A DNA stretch of 64,000 nucleotides from Mycobacteriales bacterium (GTDB lineage Bacteria > Actinomycetota > Actinomycetes > Mycobacteriales > HKI-0501). Below, in pieces: positions 41,871 through 50,021 of this stretch. Within the stretch, counting starts at the first letter, position 1. The number at the start of each line of letters is the position of its first letter. The stretch is from NCBI GenBank assembly GCA_036402915.1, contig DASWRY010000022.1, forward strand, positions 19,629-83,628, read 5' to 3'. A model generated the notes under the pieces. That model was not told where the DNA came from and made no database searches. It saw nothing but the letters and a program-made list of their open reading frames with translations. The position numbers and the translations under genes were made by a program.

Positions 41871-43403
41871 TCAGGTCCTCCGCCGCAGTGCGCGCAGCGC
41901 CGACAGGCGGAGCGCGTCCCGGGCCGCCCACAGCCCCGCCGCGTACAGCACCCCACCGGCCACCGTGCTCCCCACCAGGACGGGCAGCGACCGTCCGAGC
42001 ACGAGCGCGGCCGCTCCGGGTACCGCCCCGAACGCCAGTACCGCCAGCACCCCGGCCGCCGCCGTCCCGCGCCCGAACGGGTGCAGGCCGAGCGACCAGC
42101 CGAGCTGCGCCAGTGGCACGAGGTTGTTCACCGCGATCGCCGCCGCCCACGCGACCGCGGCCCCGAGGATGCCGAGCCGGGGTATCAGCAGCAGGTTCAG
42201 CACCACGTTCACCACCAGGGCTCCCGCGGCGTTGCCCAGTGTCCACGTCGTGCGGCCCGCCATGTTGAGGACGATGTCGACCATCCCGCACCCGGTCGCG
42301 ACGAGCATCGTCAACGCGAGCAGCACCATCACCGGCTCACCCGCGCCGTAGCCGCGACCGAAGATCGCGAGGACGTACGGCGAGTACAGCGCGAACAACA
42401 GGTACAGCGGCCAGGTGAGCAGCATCAGCCACGCCGTCGCGGTCCGGTACAGCTCCCCCGCCGCCGCGCGGTCCCCCAGTGCGAACAGGGTGCCGAACCG
42501 GTGCTGGACGCCGGTCCCGAGCGCCTGCCCGCCGAGCTGGCCGAAGACGAGGAACCGCGTGGCCGCCGTGTAGACCCCCGCCGCGGCGGGGCCGGCGAGC
42601 GCCGCCAGGAGCACGATGTCGAGGCGCTGCAACGCGAGCTGGGCGACGCTCCCGAGCGCCCGGGGAGCGGTGAACGTCCAGAAACCGTCACCCCCCTCCG
42701 CCCGGGGAGCGGTGAACGCCCGGAAACCGTCACCCCCCTCCCCGGCACCTCGCGCGACCGGCATCAGCCGCCGCAGCCACACCACCGCCACGACCACGGC
42801 CACGAGGTACGGCCCGGCCCAGGCCAGCGGCAGCGTCACCGACACGGCCCACCCCGCGCCGAGCGCCACCACCCCGCCGAGCACCTGGAGGGCCGGCCGG
42901 CCGATCCTGTCCACCACGACGAGGGGCCGCACCCGCCCGCACCCCCACGCCGCCGCGAGGAACAGGTCGGACAGCGCCGCCGGCGGCACGAACACCGCCA
43001 GCACCCGGAGCGGCGCCACCCCTGCCGTGCCGGCGCCGATCACCGCCGCGACGCGGGGCGCGGCCACGAACAGGGCCGTCCCGAGCGCCACCGCCACCGT
43101 CGCGACCGGGACCGTCGCCGTCCGCAGCGTCGGCCACAGCAGCTCCGGCGAGCCCAGGGCCCGGTGCCGGGAGAAGAAGTACACGACACCGGTACCCGTG
43201 CCGAGCCGTGCGACCGTGTACAGCAGCACGAACACCGACGTGGCCGCGAAGAAGACCCCCGCGGTGTCCCGGTCGACGCCCCGCGTGACGAGCACGGTGA
43301 ACGCCGCACCCAGCACCGCGGAGGCCACCGCGCCCACGACGCCCAGCGTGCTGCTGCGTGCGGCGTTCCCGAGGTCGGTCCCGGTCAGCGCTCCCGCCGC
43401 CAC
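41871..43403 (-). CDS. polysaccharide/oligosaccharide flippase (Wzx, MOP superfamily)
   Basis: GTG at 43403 lies 7 nt after GGGGAGGA. There are about 12-14 hydrophobic segments. The C-terminal half pattern (GYGAGEPVMVLLALTML...NLLLIPRLGILGAAVAWA) is typical of Polysacc_synt-type flippases. Confidence 0.75.
   Translation of the reverse strand: MAAGALTGTDLGNAARSSTLGVVGAVASAVLGAAFTVLVTRGVDRDTAGVFFAATSVFVLLYTVARLGTGTGVVYFFSRHRALGSPELLWPTLRTATVPVATVAVALGTALFVAAPRVAAVIGAGTAGVAPLRVLAVFVPPAALSDLFLAAAWGCGRVRPLVVVDRIGRPALQVLGGVVALGAGWAVSVTLPLAWAGPYLVAVVVAVVWLRRLMPVARGAGEGGDGFRAFTAPRAEGGDGFWTFTAPRALGSVAQLALQRLDIVLLAALAGPAAAGVYTAATRFLVFGQLGGQALGTGVQHRFGTLFALGDRAAAGELYRTATAWLMLLTWPLYLLFALYSPYVLAIFGRGYGAGEPVMVLLALTMLVATGCGMVDIVLNMAGRTTWTLGNAAGALVVNVVLNLLLIPRLGILGAAVAWAAAIAVNNLVPLAQLGWSLGLHPFGRGTAAAGVLAVLAFGAVPGAAALVLGRSLPVLVGSTVAGGVLYAAGLWAARDALRLSALRALRRRT
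42658..42741 (-). repeat. 42-nt in-frame tandem duplication inside the flippase gene
   Basis: 42658-42699 versus 42700-42741 show 40/42 identity. They encode ...GEGGDGFRAFTAPRAEGGDGFWTFTAPRA... in the central loop. Confidence 0.9.
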
Positions 43404-44275
43404 GACGGTGTCCTCCCCCACCAGGCGGCGAGCCGGTCGTCGTACGGCCGGAAGTGCTCCTCGAGCTCCGCGCGGAGCTCCGCGGGCATCGGGCTCCGCG
43501 GCCGGGCGTTGTGCCGCGTGAAGCGCACACCGTCCACAGAGGACAGTTCCAGGAACGCCAGCACGTCCGCGAAGGCGGGTCCCGGGTCGTCGAAGAAGTC
43601 CTGGCTGTCCACAACGCACAGCCGGTCCCGGCCGAACAGGGACTCGAGGTGCTCGAGCTGGTCGACGTACTGTCCGCGCGTCACGTAGGCGTTGTGCCGC
43701 CAGTGGTGGCTGTCGTACGACGGGTCGGCGACCATGCGCTCGGCCTCCCCCGCGAGCCGGACAGGCTCCAGGGCGAGCGCGCGGGCGAACGTCTCCCGCT
43801 CGAACCCGCGCGCCCGCTCGTGGGTGTACGCCGAGTACGCACGCTCCACCGGGTCGCGCAGCAGGACGACCAGCCGCACGTCCGGCAGGTCGGCCGCGAT
43901 CCGTTCCGGCGCGAGCGGGTGGAACATGTAGTACGGGCTCGACTCCCCGGTGATCGCGACCCGGCGCACGCTCGGGAAGTGCCCGGCGTACCACGCCATC
44001 CCCTGGTGGTAGTTCACGTCGAAGTAGTGGACTCCCTTGTGGAGCACCGCGGGCGCCACCCCCGGGTGCTGCGCGAGGGTCTTCATCATCGAGGTGGTGC
44101 CGCACCGCTGGGCGCCGACGACGAGGAATCCGGGGCGGAGCCGCCACCGGTGTGTCCAGCGTCCGACGGTCCGCGTCACCGCGCGAGCCGTCCGACCGGC
44201 CCGTGCCCTCATCGCCGGCGGCCGCACCGGCGGCGCCCCCACCGCCGGCAGACCCGCCGTCCTCGGCTCGCTCAT
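43385..44275 (-). CDS. sulfotransferase (Sulfotransfer_1 / heparan-sulfate-type PAPS-binding motifs)
   Basis: ATG at 44275. The 5'-PSB loop reads VVGAQRCGTTSMMKTL. The 3'-PB motif reads VVLLRDPVERAYSAY. Confidence 0.8.
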   Translation of the reverse strand: MSEPRTAGLPAVGAPPVRPPAMRARAGRTARAVTRTVGRWTHRWRLRPGFLVVGAQRCGTTSMMKTLAQHPGVAPAVLHKGVHYFDVNYHQGMAWYAGHFPSVRRVAITGESSPYYMFHPLAPERIAADLPDVRLVVLLRDPVERAYSAYTHERARGFERETFARALALEPVRLAGEAERMVADPSYDSHHWRHNAYVTRGQYVDQLEHLESLFGRDRLCVVDSQDFFDDPGPAFADVLAFLELSSVDGVRFTRHNARPRSPMPAELRAELEEHFRPYDDRLAAWWGRTPSWRRER

Positions 44276-45501
44276 ACCCCCGACCCCCTCAGCGCCGGCG
44301 CCATCCACTCGTGGATCCTCCCGAGCCGCGCGCCCGCCTCCGCCTGTCCGTCCGCGAGATAGCGGACCCCCAGCTCGACGAGGTACAACGTCGCGACGAC
44401 CGGCGCGTCGGCGGCCGCGACGCCGAACGGCGCCAGCAGCGCGGCCGCGCGTCGGCACGTCGACGCCGCGGCGGCGGGCGCCCCGACATGCCGCACGGTG
44501 ATCGCCGTCAGCAGGTCGTGGTGCAGGGCGTCGAAGCCGAGGGGTACGCCGTCGTCGAACCGTTCCCAGTCCCACACGAGGACGCGGCCGTCGCGCGCGG
44601 CGGTGTTGCCGGCGTTCCAGTCCCCGTGCCAGCAGCCGATCCGCAGCCGGGCACCGGTGGACAGCGCCTCGGCCAGCGCGTCCCCGAGGACCGCCGCGCC
44701 GGGCTTCCCCGCGACCTCGGCGACGCGCTCGGCCAGCCGGGCGCCGTACGCCCCGTCGACCGGTTCGCCGCGGACCCCACCGGAGACGGCGACCTCCACC
44801 ATGGCGCCGACGAGCCGCCCCGCGCCGATCCGGCGGCGCCGGACGGGGAGGGCCGACTGGACGAGTACCTCGCACCCGTGCCACCGCCCGTGGTGCAGCA
44901 CGGCGGCCACCTCCACCTGCCGGAGCGGGCGTTCCGCGAGCACCGCGAGCGCGCGTGCCTCGTCGCGGACGAGCCGCCGGGTCAGGTCGTCGACGCCGAC
45001 CTTCGCGAAGCCCAGCGGCTGACCGCGCGGCCCGAGCACCGCGAACACCGGCTTCCGGTTGGCCCGCGCGGGTCCGATGTGGAGGGACAGCAGCACGGGC
45101 GCGCCGAGGACCGTGGCGAGGTGCTCCTCGATCGTGCCCCGGTCCGGTACCGAGAGCCGGGACCGGAACACCCGTTCTCCGGCGCCGGTACGGAACAGCG
45201 CCGACAGCGCGGCCGTCCGCGCCCGCGCCCGCAGGGTCCCGTGCGCCGTGGAGCGGCGCACCGCCGCCGCCGCGGCGCGGGGGAACCCGGCGGGGACGAG
45301 CAGCCGCGGCGCCGCGAGCGACGGGACGGCCACATAGGACACCGCGTGACGCGGCGGCCCGGGCGGTCCGGGCGGCCCGGGCGGCCCGGGCGGTCCGGGC
45401 GGCCCAGGCGGCCCGGGCGGTCGCGGCCCGGACGGCCACACCGTGTGCTCCCGCGTCCCGGACGGCCACACCGCGGGTGCGATCTCGTCGAGGTACGTCA
45501 C
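44272..45501 (-). CDS. aminoglycoside-phosphotransferase-like (APH/ChoK family) kinase with N-terminal (GPP)n tract; start uncertain
   Basis: The catalytic loop reads CWHGDWNAGN and the metal-binding region VLVWDWERF. GTG at 45501 overlaps the upstream stop (GTGA). An alternative GTG at about 45343 would exclude the repeat tract. Confidence 0.6.
   Translation of the reverse strand: MTYLDEIAPAVWPSGTREHTVWPSGPRPPGPPGPPGPPGPPGPPGPPGPPRHAVSYVAVPSLAAPRLLVPAGFPRAAAAAVRRSTAHGTLRARARTAALSALFRTGAGERVFRSRLSVPDRGTIEEHLATVLGAPVLLSLHIGPARANRKPVFAVLGPRGQPLGFAKVGVDDLTRRLVRDEARALAVLAERPLRQVEVAAVLHHGRWHGCEVLVQSALPVRRRRIGAGRLVGAMVEVAVSGGVRGEPVDGAYGARLAERVAEVAGKPGAAVLGDALAEALSTGARLRIGCWHGDWNAGNTAARDGRVLVWDWERFDDGVPLGFDALHHDLLTAITVRHVGAPAAAASTCRRAAALLAPFGVAAADAPVVATLYLVELGVRYLADGQAEAGARLGRIHEWMAPALRGSGV
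45355..45426 (-). repeat. 9-nt tandem repeat x8 (cggNccNgg) encoding (PPG)n
   Basis: The tract reads cggcccggg cggtccggg cggcccggg cggcccggg cggtccggg cggcccagg cggcccggg cggtcgcgg. An adjacent 17-nt repeat, cccggacggccacaccg, occurs at 45427 and 45457. Confidence 0.9.
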
Positions 45502-46907
45502 GGCGCGGCCCGCCGCGCGAGGTCGTTGCGCCACAGCAGCCCGACCGCGACGAGGGACACCGTGAGCGGCATCCCGATCGCCGGGTACACGAGCATGTAG
45601 AACAGCGGCAGGAGCACCGTCAGCCCACCGGCCATCCCGATCGCCGTGAAGTCCCGCCGGTACCTCCACGCCACGGCGAGGAAGAACGCGATGTAGCAGA
45701 ACGCGCCGACGAACCCGTTCTGCAGCAACAGGTTCCAGAGCTGACCGGTGCTGCCCACGTCCCGGTTGCCGCACTGCGGGCAGTTGTCGGTGGCGCCGAG
45801 GGCGATCGAACGGTCGTTGCCGACCGTCTGCCGGGTGCCGCCGTAGCCGAGCACCGGGGAGCGCAGCGCCGCCCGGAACGCGACGCCGTTCTGGTAGCTC
45901 CGCGTCTCGTTGCTGTGCGGGTTGTGGAGCCGGTAGCCCACGACCGTGCGGAGCGGCGACAGCGCGAACACCGCCGCCAGCACCAGCACCACCACCGACA
46001 CCAGCGCGACGAGGGTCAGCCGCCCGCGCACGGCGAACCGTGCCCCCAGGTACGCCACCGACAGCCCGAGCCCGATCCACAGTCCCCGGTTCAGCGAGTA
46101 CACCACCGGGTACAGCGACACCGCCACCACGGCGAGCGCGAAGAGCCTCCGCGGGGGGGAGGCCCGGACGATCCAACCGACGGCGAACCACGGCAGCAGG
46201 AGGCTGTAGCAGTAGCCCCAGGTGTTCGTGTACAGATACGGCGCCGCCGGCCGGCTGATCCCGCCGAGGACCTCGTGGACCTGGGCGAACTTCACCGTCG
46301 TGTTGCGGCCGACGAACGCGTTGTCCAGCAGCGCTCGCGGCAGGACGTGGGACAGCGGGGTCGCGAATCCCGCCTGCGGGTACAGCGCGCCGAGCAGTCC
46401 ACCCGCGACGGTCCACAGGAACAGCACGCCCAGCAGTGAGACGACGAACCGGCGGGGGACCTCGCGCTCCGACATCGTCCCGGCCCAGAGCATGATCACG
46501 GTGATCGCCACGTACTGGAGGACGCGGAGCGCGAACGCCGCGAGCTTCCCGGACCCGGTCGGCGGCATCGTGCCCGGCGCGGTCACGCCCAGCATCACCG
46601 CGCCGAGCACCACCCACACCAGCAGGAGGGCCCACAGCCCGAAGCCGGGCGGGAAGCGCAGACGGCCCCGCCGCGTGAGCTGCACGGCCATCGGCACGGC
46701 CGAGCCGATGAACGCGAACTCCGTCAGGCCGAGCGCCCACCAGACCGGGTATCCGGCCAGCAGCACCACGAGCGGCCACCCCGCCGGGATGCGGATCCCG
46801 CCGAGTCCGCGGGGCGCGGGCACGCGGCGCGCGGCACGCCCGGCGACCGTGTCCGTGCCGGTCCACCCGCGCAGCGGTGGCGAGGTGGGGGCGTGTGTCG
46901 CGGACAC
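45498..46907 (-). CDS. O-antigen ligase/polymerase-like membrane protein (Wzy-type)
   Basis: About 10-12 hydrophobic segments. YSLNRGLWIGLGL resembles the Wzy_C core. There is a large extracytoplasmic loop containing CPQC. Confidence 0.7.
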   Translation of the reverse strand: MSATHAPTSPPLRGWTGTDTVAGRAARRVPAPRGLGGIRIPAGWPLVVLLAGYPVWWALGLTEFAFIGSAVPMAVQLTRRGRLRFPPGFGLWALLLVWVVLGAVMLGVTAPGTMPPTGSGKLAAFALRVLQYVAITVIMLWAGTMSEREVPRRFVVSLLGVLFLWTVAGGLLGALYPQAGFATPLSHVLPRALLDNAFVGRNTTVKFAQVHEVLGGISRPAAPYLYTNTWGYCYSLLLPWFAVGWIVRASPPRRLFALAVVAVSLYPVVYSLNRGLWIGLGLSVAYLGARFAVRGRLTLVALVSVVVLVLAAVFALSPLRTVVGYRLHNPHSNETRSYQNGVAFRAALRSPVLGYGGTRQTVGNDRSIALGATDNCPQCGNRDVGSTGQLWNLLLQNGFVGAFCYIAFFLAVAWRYRRDFTAIGMAGGLTVLLPLFYMLVYPAIGMPLTVSLVAVGLLWRNDLARRAAP

Positions 46908-46919
46908 GGCGTCGGCCGC

Positions 46920-48845
46920 TCAGCGCGAACGGATGCGGTCGTCGGGGGTACGGCCTGCCGTGGTGCCGTCGGGAGGCGCCTCCGCCTCCGGGAGCACGAC
47001 CTCCGGCGGGTCCGTGGCCGGCTCGCCGAGGTCCTGGGTGTCGTCGTCCTGCAGAGGCGGCACGGGGTTGCCCGCGGCGTCGACGACCGCGGACGTGCCC
47101 ACGGCACCCGCCGGCCCGGCGGCGGAAGGATTCGGCGCGGAGACGGGGGCCTGCGGGGTCGGCGGCACGGGGCCCTGCGGCGACACCGGGCCCTGCGGCG
47201 ACACCGGGCCCTGCGGCGGCACCGGGGCCTGCGGCGGCACCACGCCCCCGTCCAGCACCCGCACCGCGACACCCGCCGGAACCGCCCGCTCGGCAGGCCG
47301 GGCGCGCCGCGTACGGGAGCGGCGGCGCGACCTGCCGAGCTGGCCGACGACGACCGCGGCGACGAGCCGCGCCCGTACCTCCGCGAGACTCCGGACCGCC
47401 TCCTCGAGCGCGGGCAGCCGGGCCCGCTTGGTCTCCACGACGACCAGCACCGCGTCGGCGTGGGGAGCGAGCACCTGCGCGTCCACGGAGACCTCCGGGG
47501 GCGGGGCCTCGAACAGCGCGTACCCCGAGCCCATGTGGAGCCGCGCCACCAGGTCCCGCACCCGGTCCTCGCGCATCTCCCGGGACGGCAGGCCGTCGCC
47601 GTCGCCGTCGGGGTCGCCGGGGCCGAGCAGCCGGACCCCCGGGGACACCGCGACCGCCGCGTCCGCGATCGCGACCTCGCCGCGCAGTACCTCGGCGAGT
47701 CCGCGTCCGGGCGGCACGTCGAACGCACGCAGCGTCCACGATCCCGGGTCCGCACACACGATCAGCACCGGGATGCCGAACCGGTCCAGCGCCGCGGCCA
47801 GGTTCGCCGTCACGAGCCCCGCGGCCTGGCCCGGCGCCGCCCCGCACGTCACGACGATCCGCGCCCGGTTGGCCGGCAGCCCGGCCGCGTCGAGGGCGGA
47901 CGCGAGCGACCCACGCAAGCGGCTGAAGTCCCGGGCGGCCGGACTCTGCGGTGTCGCGAGCGCCGGAGGTCCACCGCGCCGGAGGTCCAGCAGCACCGGG
48001 ATCCCGGTCCGGTCCGCCACCTCGTCCGCGCGGTGGACCCGCGTGTCCCTGCGGTCGAGGAGCAGCGCGAGCAGCAGTCCGAGCAGGAGGCCCCCGCCGA
48101 GCCCCGTTCCCCCGGCGAGCACCGGGTCCGGCGAGCTCGGACGGGTGGGGAGCGCGGCGGCGGTGATGACCGAGCCGGGGTTCGGCTCGCCGGCCCGCAG
48201 GGTGGAGAGGCGCGCGCTGATCTGGCCGAGGTTGCTCTCGGCCACGTTGAGCTGCGCCTGCCCGCGGCGGGCGTCGGCGGAGGACGGCGGGAGGCCCGCG
48301 ATCGTGTCGGACAGCTGCTGCAGCTGCCCCAGCAGGGTGCGCTGCTGGCTCTCCAGCGCCGTGACCTGCGCGGCGATGTCGTCGTGGACCTTCGCGGCGC
48401 GCTGGTCCAGGTATGCGGTGGCGAACGCCTGCGACCCCGCCCGCGCCGTCGCGGGCTGTCCCGCGGAGTACGCGATGTCGAGCACCTGCGTGTTCGGGGG
48501 CACGCTCACCGCGACGCGCGCGGCGAGGTCGGCCGCGGAGAGCCCGGTCGTGATCGCGTGGCGCGCACGGTCCGCGACGACGAGGGACCGGACCAGCTGC
48601 GCCTCGGTGTCCATGTTGAGGCCGGAGATGGTGCGGGCACCGGACTGCGGCTGGTCCGCGGTGGTGCCGGTCGCCTGGACGAGGACCGAGGTCGTCGCTG
48701 TGTACACACGGTGCTGACGCACCGTGACCGCCGCCGTGACGGCCAGCGCCAGCAGGACCACCGCCACGATCACCCACCACCGGCGACGGATCCAGCCGGT
48801 GTAGTCGGCGATCGTGCGCGAGCCCTCGTCGTTCAACGATTCCAT
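46920..48845 (-). CDS. polysaccharide co-polymerase (Wzz N-terminal domain) fused to a degenerate BY-kinase-like P-loop domain and a Pro-rich tail
   Basis: Order of elements: Wzz-type TM1 (WWVIVAVVLLALAV), coiled-coil periplasmic region, TM2 (GGGLLLGLLLALLL). A CpsD/CapB-like domain follows, with IVVTCGAAPGQAAGLVTANLA in place of the ...PGEGKS... Walker A. Confidence 0.75.
   Translation of the reverse strand: MESLNDEGSRTIADYTGWIRRRWWVIVAVVLLALAVTAAVTVRQHRVYTATTSVLVQATGTTADQPQSGARTISGLNMDTEAQLVRSLVVADRARHAITTGLSAADLAARVAVSVPPNTQVLDIAYSAGQPATARAGSQAFATAYLDQRAAKVHDDIAAQVTALESQQRTLLGQLQQLSDTIAGLPPSSADARRGQAQLNVAESNLGQISARLSTLRAGEPNPGSVITAAALPTRPSSPDPVLAGGTGLGGGLLLGLLLALLLDRRDTRVHRADEVADRTGIPVLLDLRRGGPPALATPQSPAARDFSRLRGSLASALDAAGLPANRARIVVTCGAAPGQAAGLVTANLAAALDRFGIPVLIVCADPGSWTLRAFDVPPGRGLAEVLRGEVAIADAAVAVSPGVRLLGPGDPDGDGDGLPSREMREDRVRDLVARLHMGSGYALFEAPPPEVSVDAQVLAPHADAVLVVVETKRARLPALEEAVRSLAEVRARLVAAVVVGQLGRSRRRSRTRRARPAERAVPAGVAVRVLDGGVVPPQAPVPPQGPVSPQGPVSPQGPVPPTPQAPVSAPNPSAAGPAGAVGTSAVVDAAGNPVPPLQDDDTQDLGEPATDPPEVVLPEAEAPPDGTTAGRTPDDRIRSR
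47164..47235 (-). repeat. 18-nt tandem repeat x4 encoding (PVSPQG)-type units in the PCP tail
   Basis: The unit g[ag]caccgggccctgcggc occupies 47164-47181, 47182-47199, 47200-47217 and 47218-47235. Confidence 0.85.
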
Positions 48846-48926
48846 GTGGCCTCGTTCCGCGGGGCGAAGAGCGGGGCGAAGTACAGCCTCGGGTCAGCAT
48901 AGGCGCGCGGCTCCACTCTCCCGGGG

Positions 48927-48941
48927 CACTTGTCACAAGTG
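48927..48941. promoter_or_regulatory. 15-bp perfect palindrome CACTTGT-C-ACAAGTG in the divergent PCP/GT14 promoter region
   Basis: Lies 36 nt upstream of the GT14 GTG (48977) and 82 nt upstream of the PCP ATG (48845). It is locally AT-rich in otherwise GC-rich DNA. Direct repeats cggggcgaag lie nearby at 48860 and 48872. Confidence 0.45.
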
Positions 48942-48976
48942 GTACGGAGCGCCTCGCGCGCGGTTAGCCTGGCGCG

Positions 48977-49876
48977 GTGCGCGTCGGGTACCTCGTGCAG
49001 AGCCACCGCGATCCGGAGCAGGTCGCGCGGCTCGTCCGGACGCTGCGCCGCGGGAGCCCGGACGGTGTCGTCCACGTCAGCCACGACTTCTCGTCGTCAC
49101 CACTGGATCTCACCGGTGTACCGGGAGTGATCGTCCGCCCCGCGAAGGGCGGCTATGCCGACTTCAGCCACGTGCGGCGGTACCTCGACGCGGTGGACGA
49201 CCTCGCCGCCGACCCGCCCGCCTGGGTCGTCGTCCTCACCGGCCAGGACTACCCGATCCGGCCGCTCGCCGAGGCGGAGGAGGACCTCGCCACCGGGGAC
49301 GCGGACGGGTACCTCGAGTACTTCCCCGCCCTCGACGCGGCCCGCAGCACGTGGCCGGTGCGCCGCGCCCGCTCGCGGTACCTGTTCCGCCACCGGCGCC
49401 TGATGCCGCTGTCGCCGGCGGCGCAACGCCGGCTGCGTGCGGTGCAGGCCCTCAACTACGTGCAGCCGCTGGTACGCGTCCACGTCACGCCCGCGCTGAC
49501 CGTCGGGATCCGGCGGCGGTCACCGTTCGGGCCGGGCTTCGAGCTGTACGGCGGCAGCGCGTACCACTCGCTGTCCTGGCCGTGCGTGGCGTACCTCCGG
49601 CAGTTCTGCGCCGCGCACCCGGAGATCCCGCGGTACTACGCCTCGACCCTGTCACCGGTGGAATCCATCGTGCAGACGATCCTGGTGAACAGCGGCCGTT
49701 TCCGGCTCGTCGACGACTGCCGGCGGTACTTCGACTTCCGCGGCAGCACGTTCAACCACCCGCGCGTCCTCGGCGTGGAGGACCTCCCCCGGGCACTCGC
49801 GAGCGGCGCCGACTTCGCCCGGAAGATCGACGACCCGGCCGTGCTCGACGCCCTGGACGCGCTGGTGCACCGGTGA
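48977..49876 (+). CDS. glycosyltransferase family 14 (Core-2/I-branching 'Branch' domain)
   Basis: Seen: MRVGYLVQSHRDPEQVARLVRTL...VVHVSHD, LTGQDYPIRPL and YGGSAYHSLSWPCVAYL, which follow the Branch-domain pattern. Confidence 0.7.
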   Translation: MRVGYLVQSHRDPEQVARLVRTLRRGSPDGVVHVSHDFSSSPLDLTGVPGVIVRPAKGGYADFSHVRRYLDAVDDLAADPPAWVVVLTGQDYPIRPLAEAEEDLATGDADGYLEYFPALDAARSTWPVRRARSRYLFRHRRLMPLSPAAQRRLRAVQALNYVQPLVRVHVTPALTVGIRRRSPFGPGFELYGGSAYHSLSWPCVAYLRQFCAAHPEIPRYYASTLSPVESIVQTILVNSGRFRLVDDCRRYFDFRGSTFNHPRVLGVEDLPRALASGADFARKIDDPAVLDALDALVHR

Positions 49877-49886
49877 CCCGCCGGCC

Positions 49887-49917
49887 CGCGGATCCGCGTC
49901 ATCGCGGGCGGATCCGC
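49887..49917. promoter_or_regulatory. two GGATCC-centred palindromes 20 bp apart (CGCGGATCCGCG and GCGGATCCGC)
   Basis: They occupy 49887-49898 and 49908-49917, between the GT14 stop (49876) and the Alg14-like start (50022). They could be an operator pair or an RNA hairpin. Confidence 0.3.
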
Positions 49918-50021
49918 GCGTCTCCTGGGTACGGCGTGGCCGGGGGACGGCGTGCTCTTCCTCCCGGTCCCGCCGACAGCGCTCGGCGTAGGGTCCCGGC
50001 ACGGAGCAGGGAGGCGGCGAC

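Noticed and set aside
45355-45426. The (PPG)8 tract read as a bacterial collagen-like protein.
   Set aside because: It has only about 8 triplets, no flanking trimerisation or anchor domains, and an APH-like enzyme domain follows. It is more likely a linker or slippage-prone repeat, and it may even lie upstream of the true start.
44272-48936. Single 1554-aa ORF spanning 44272..48936 on the minus strand. The same applies to 57214..59634, 41871..44147, 23581..26205 and 25560..27947.
   Set aside because: Only the 3' parts match protein families. The upstream parts overlap other, well-supported genes in different frames (Wzy, PCP, the sugar transferase and others). They were trimmed to SD-supported or overlap-coupled starts.
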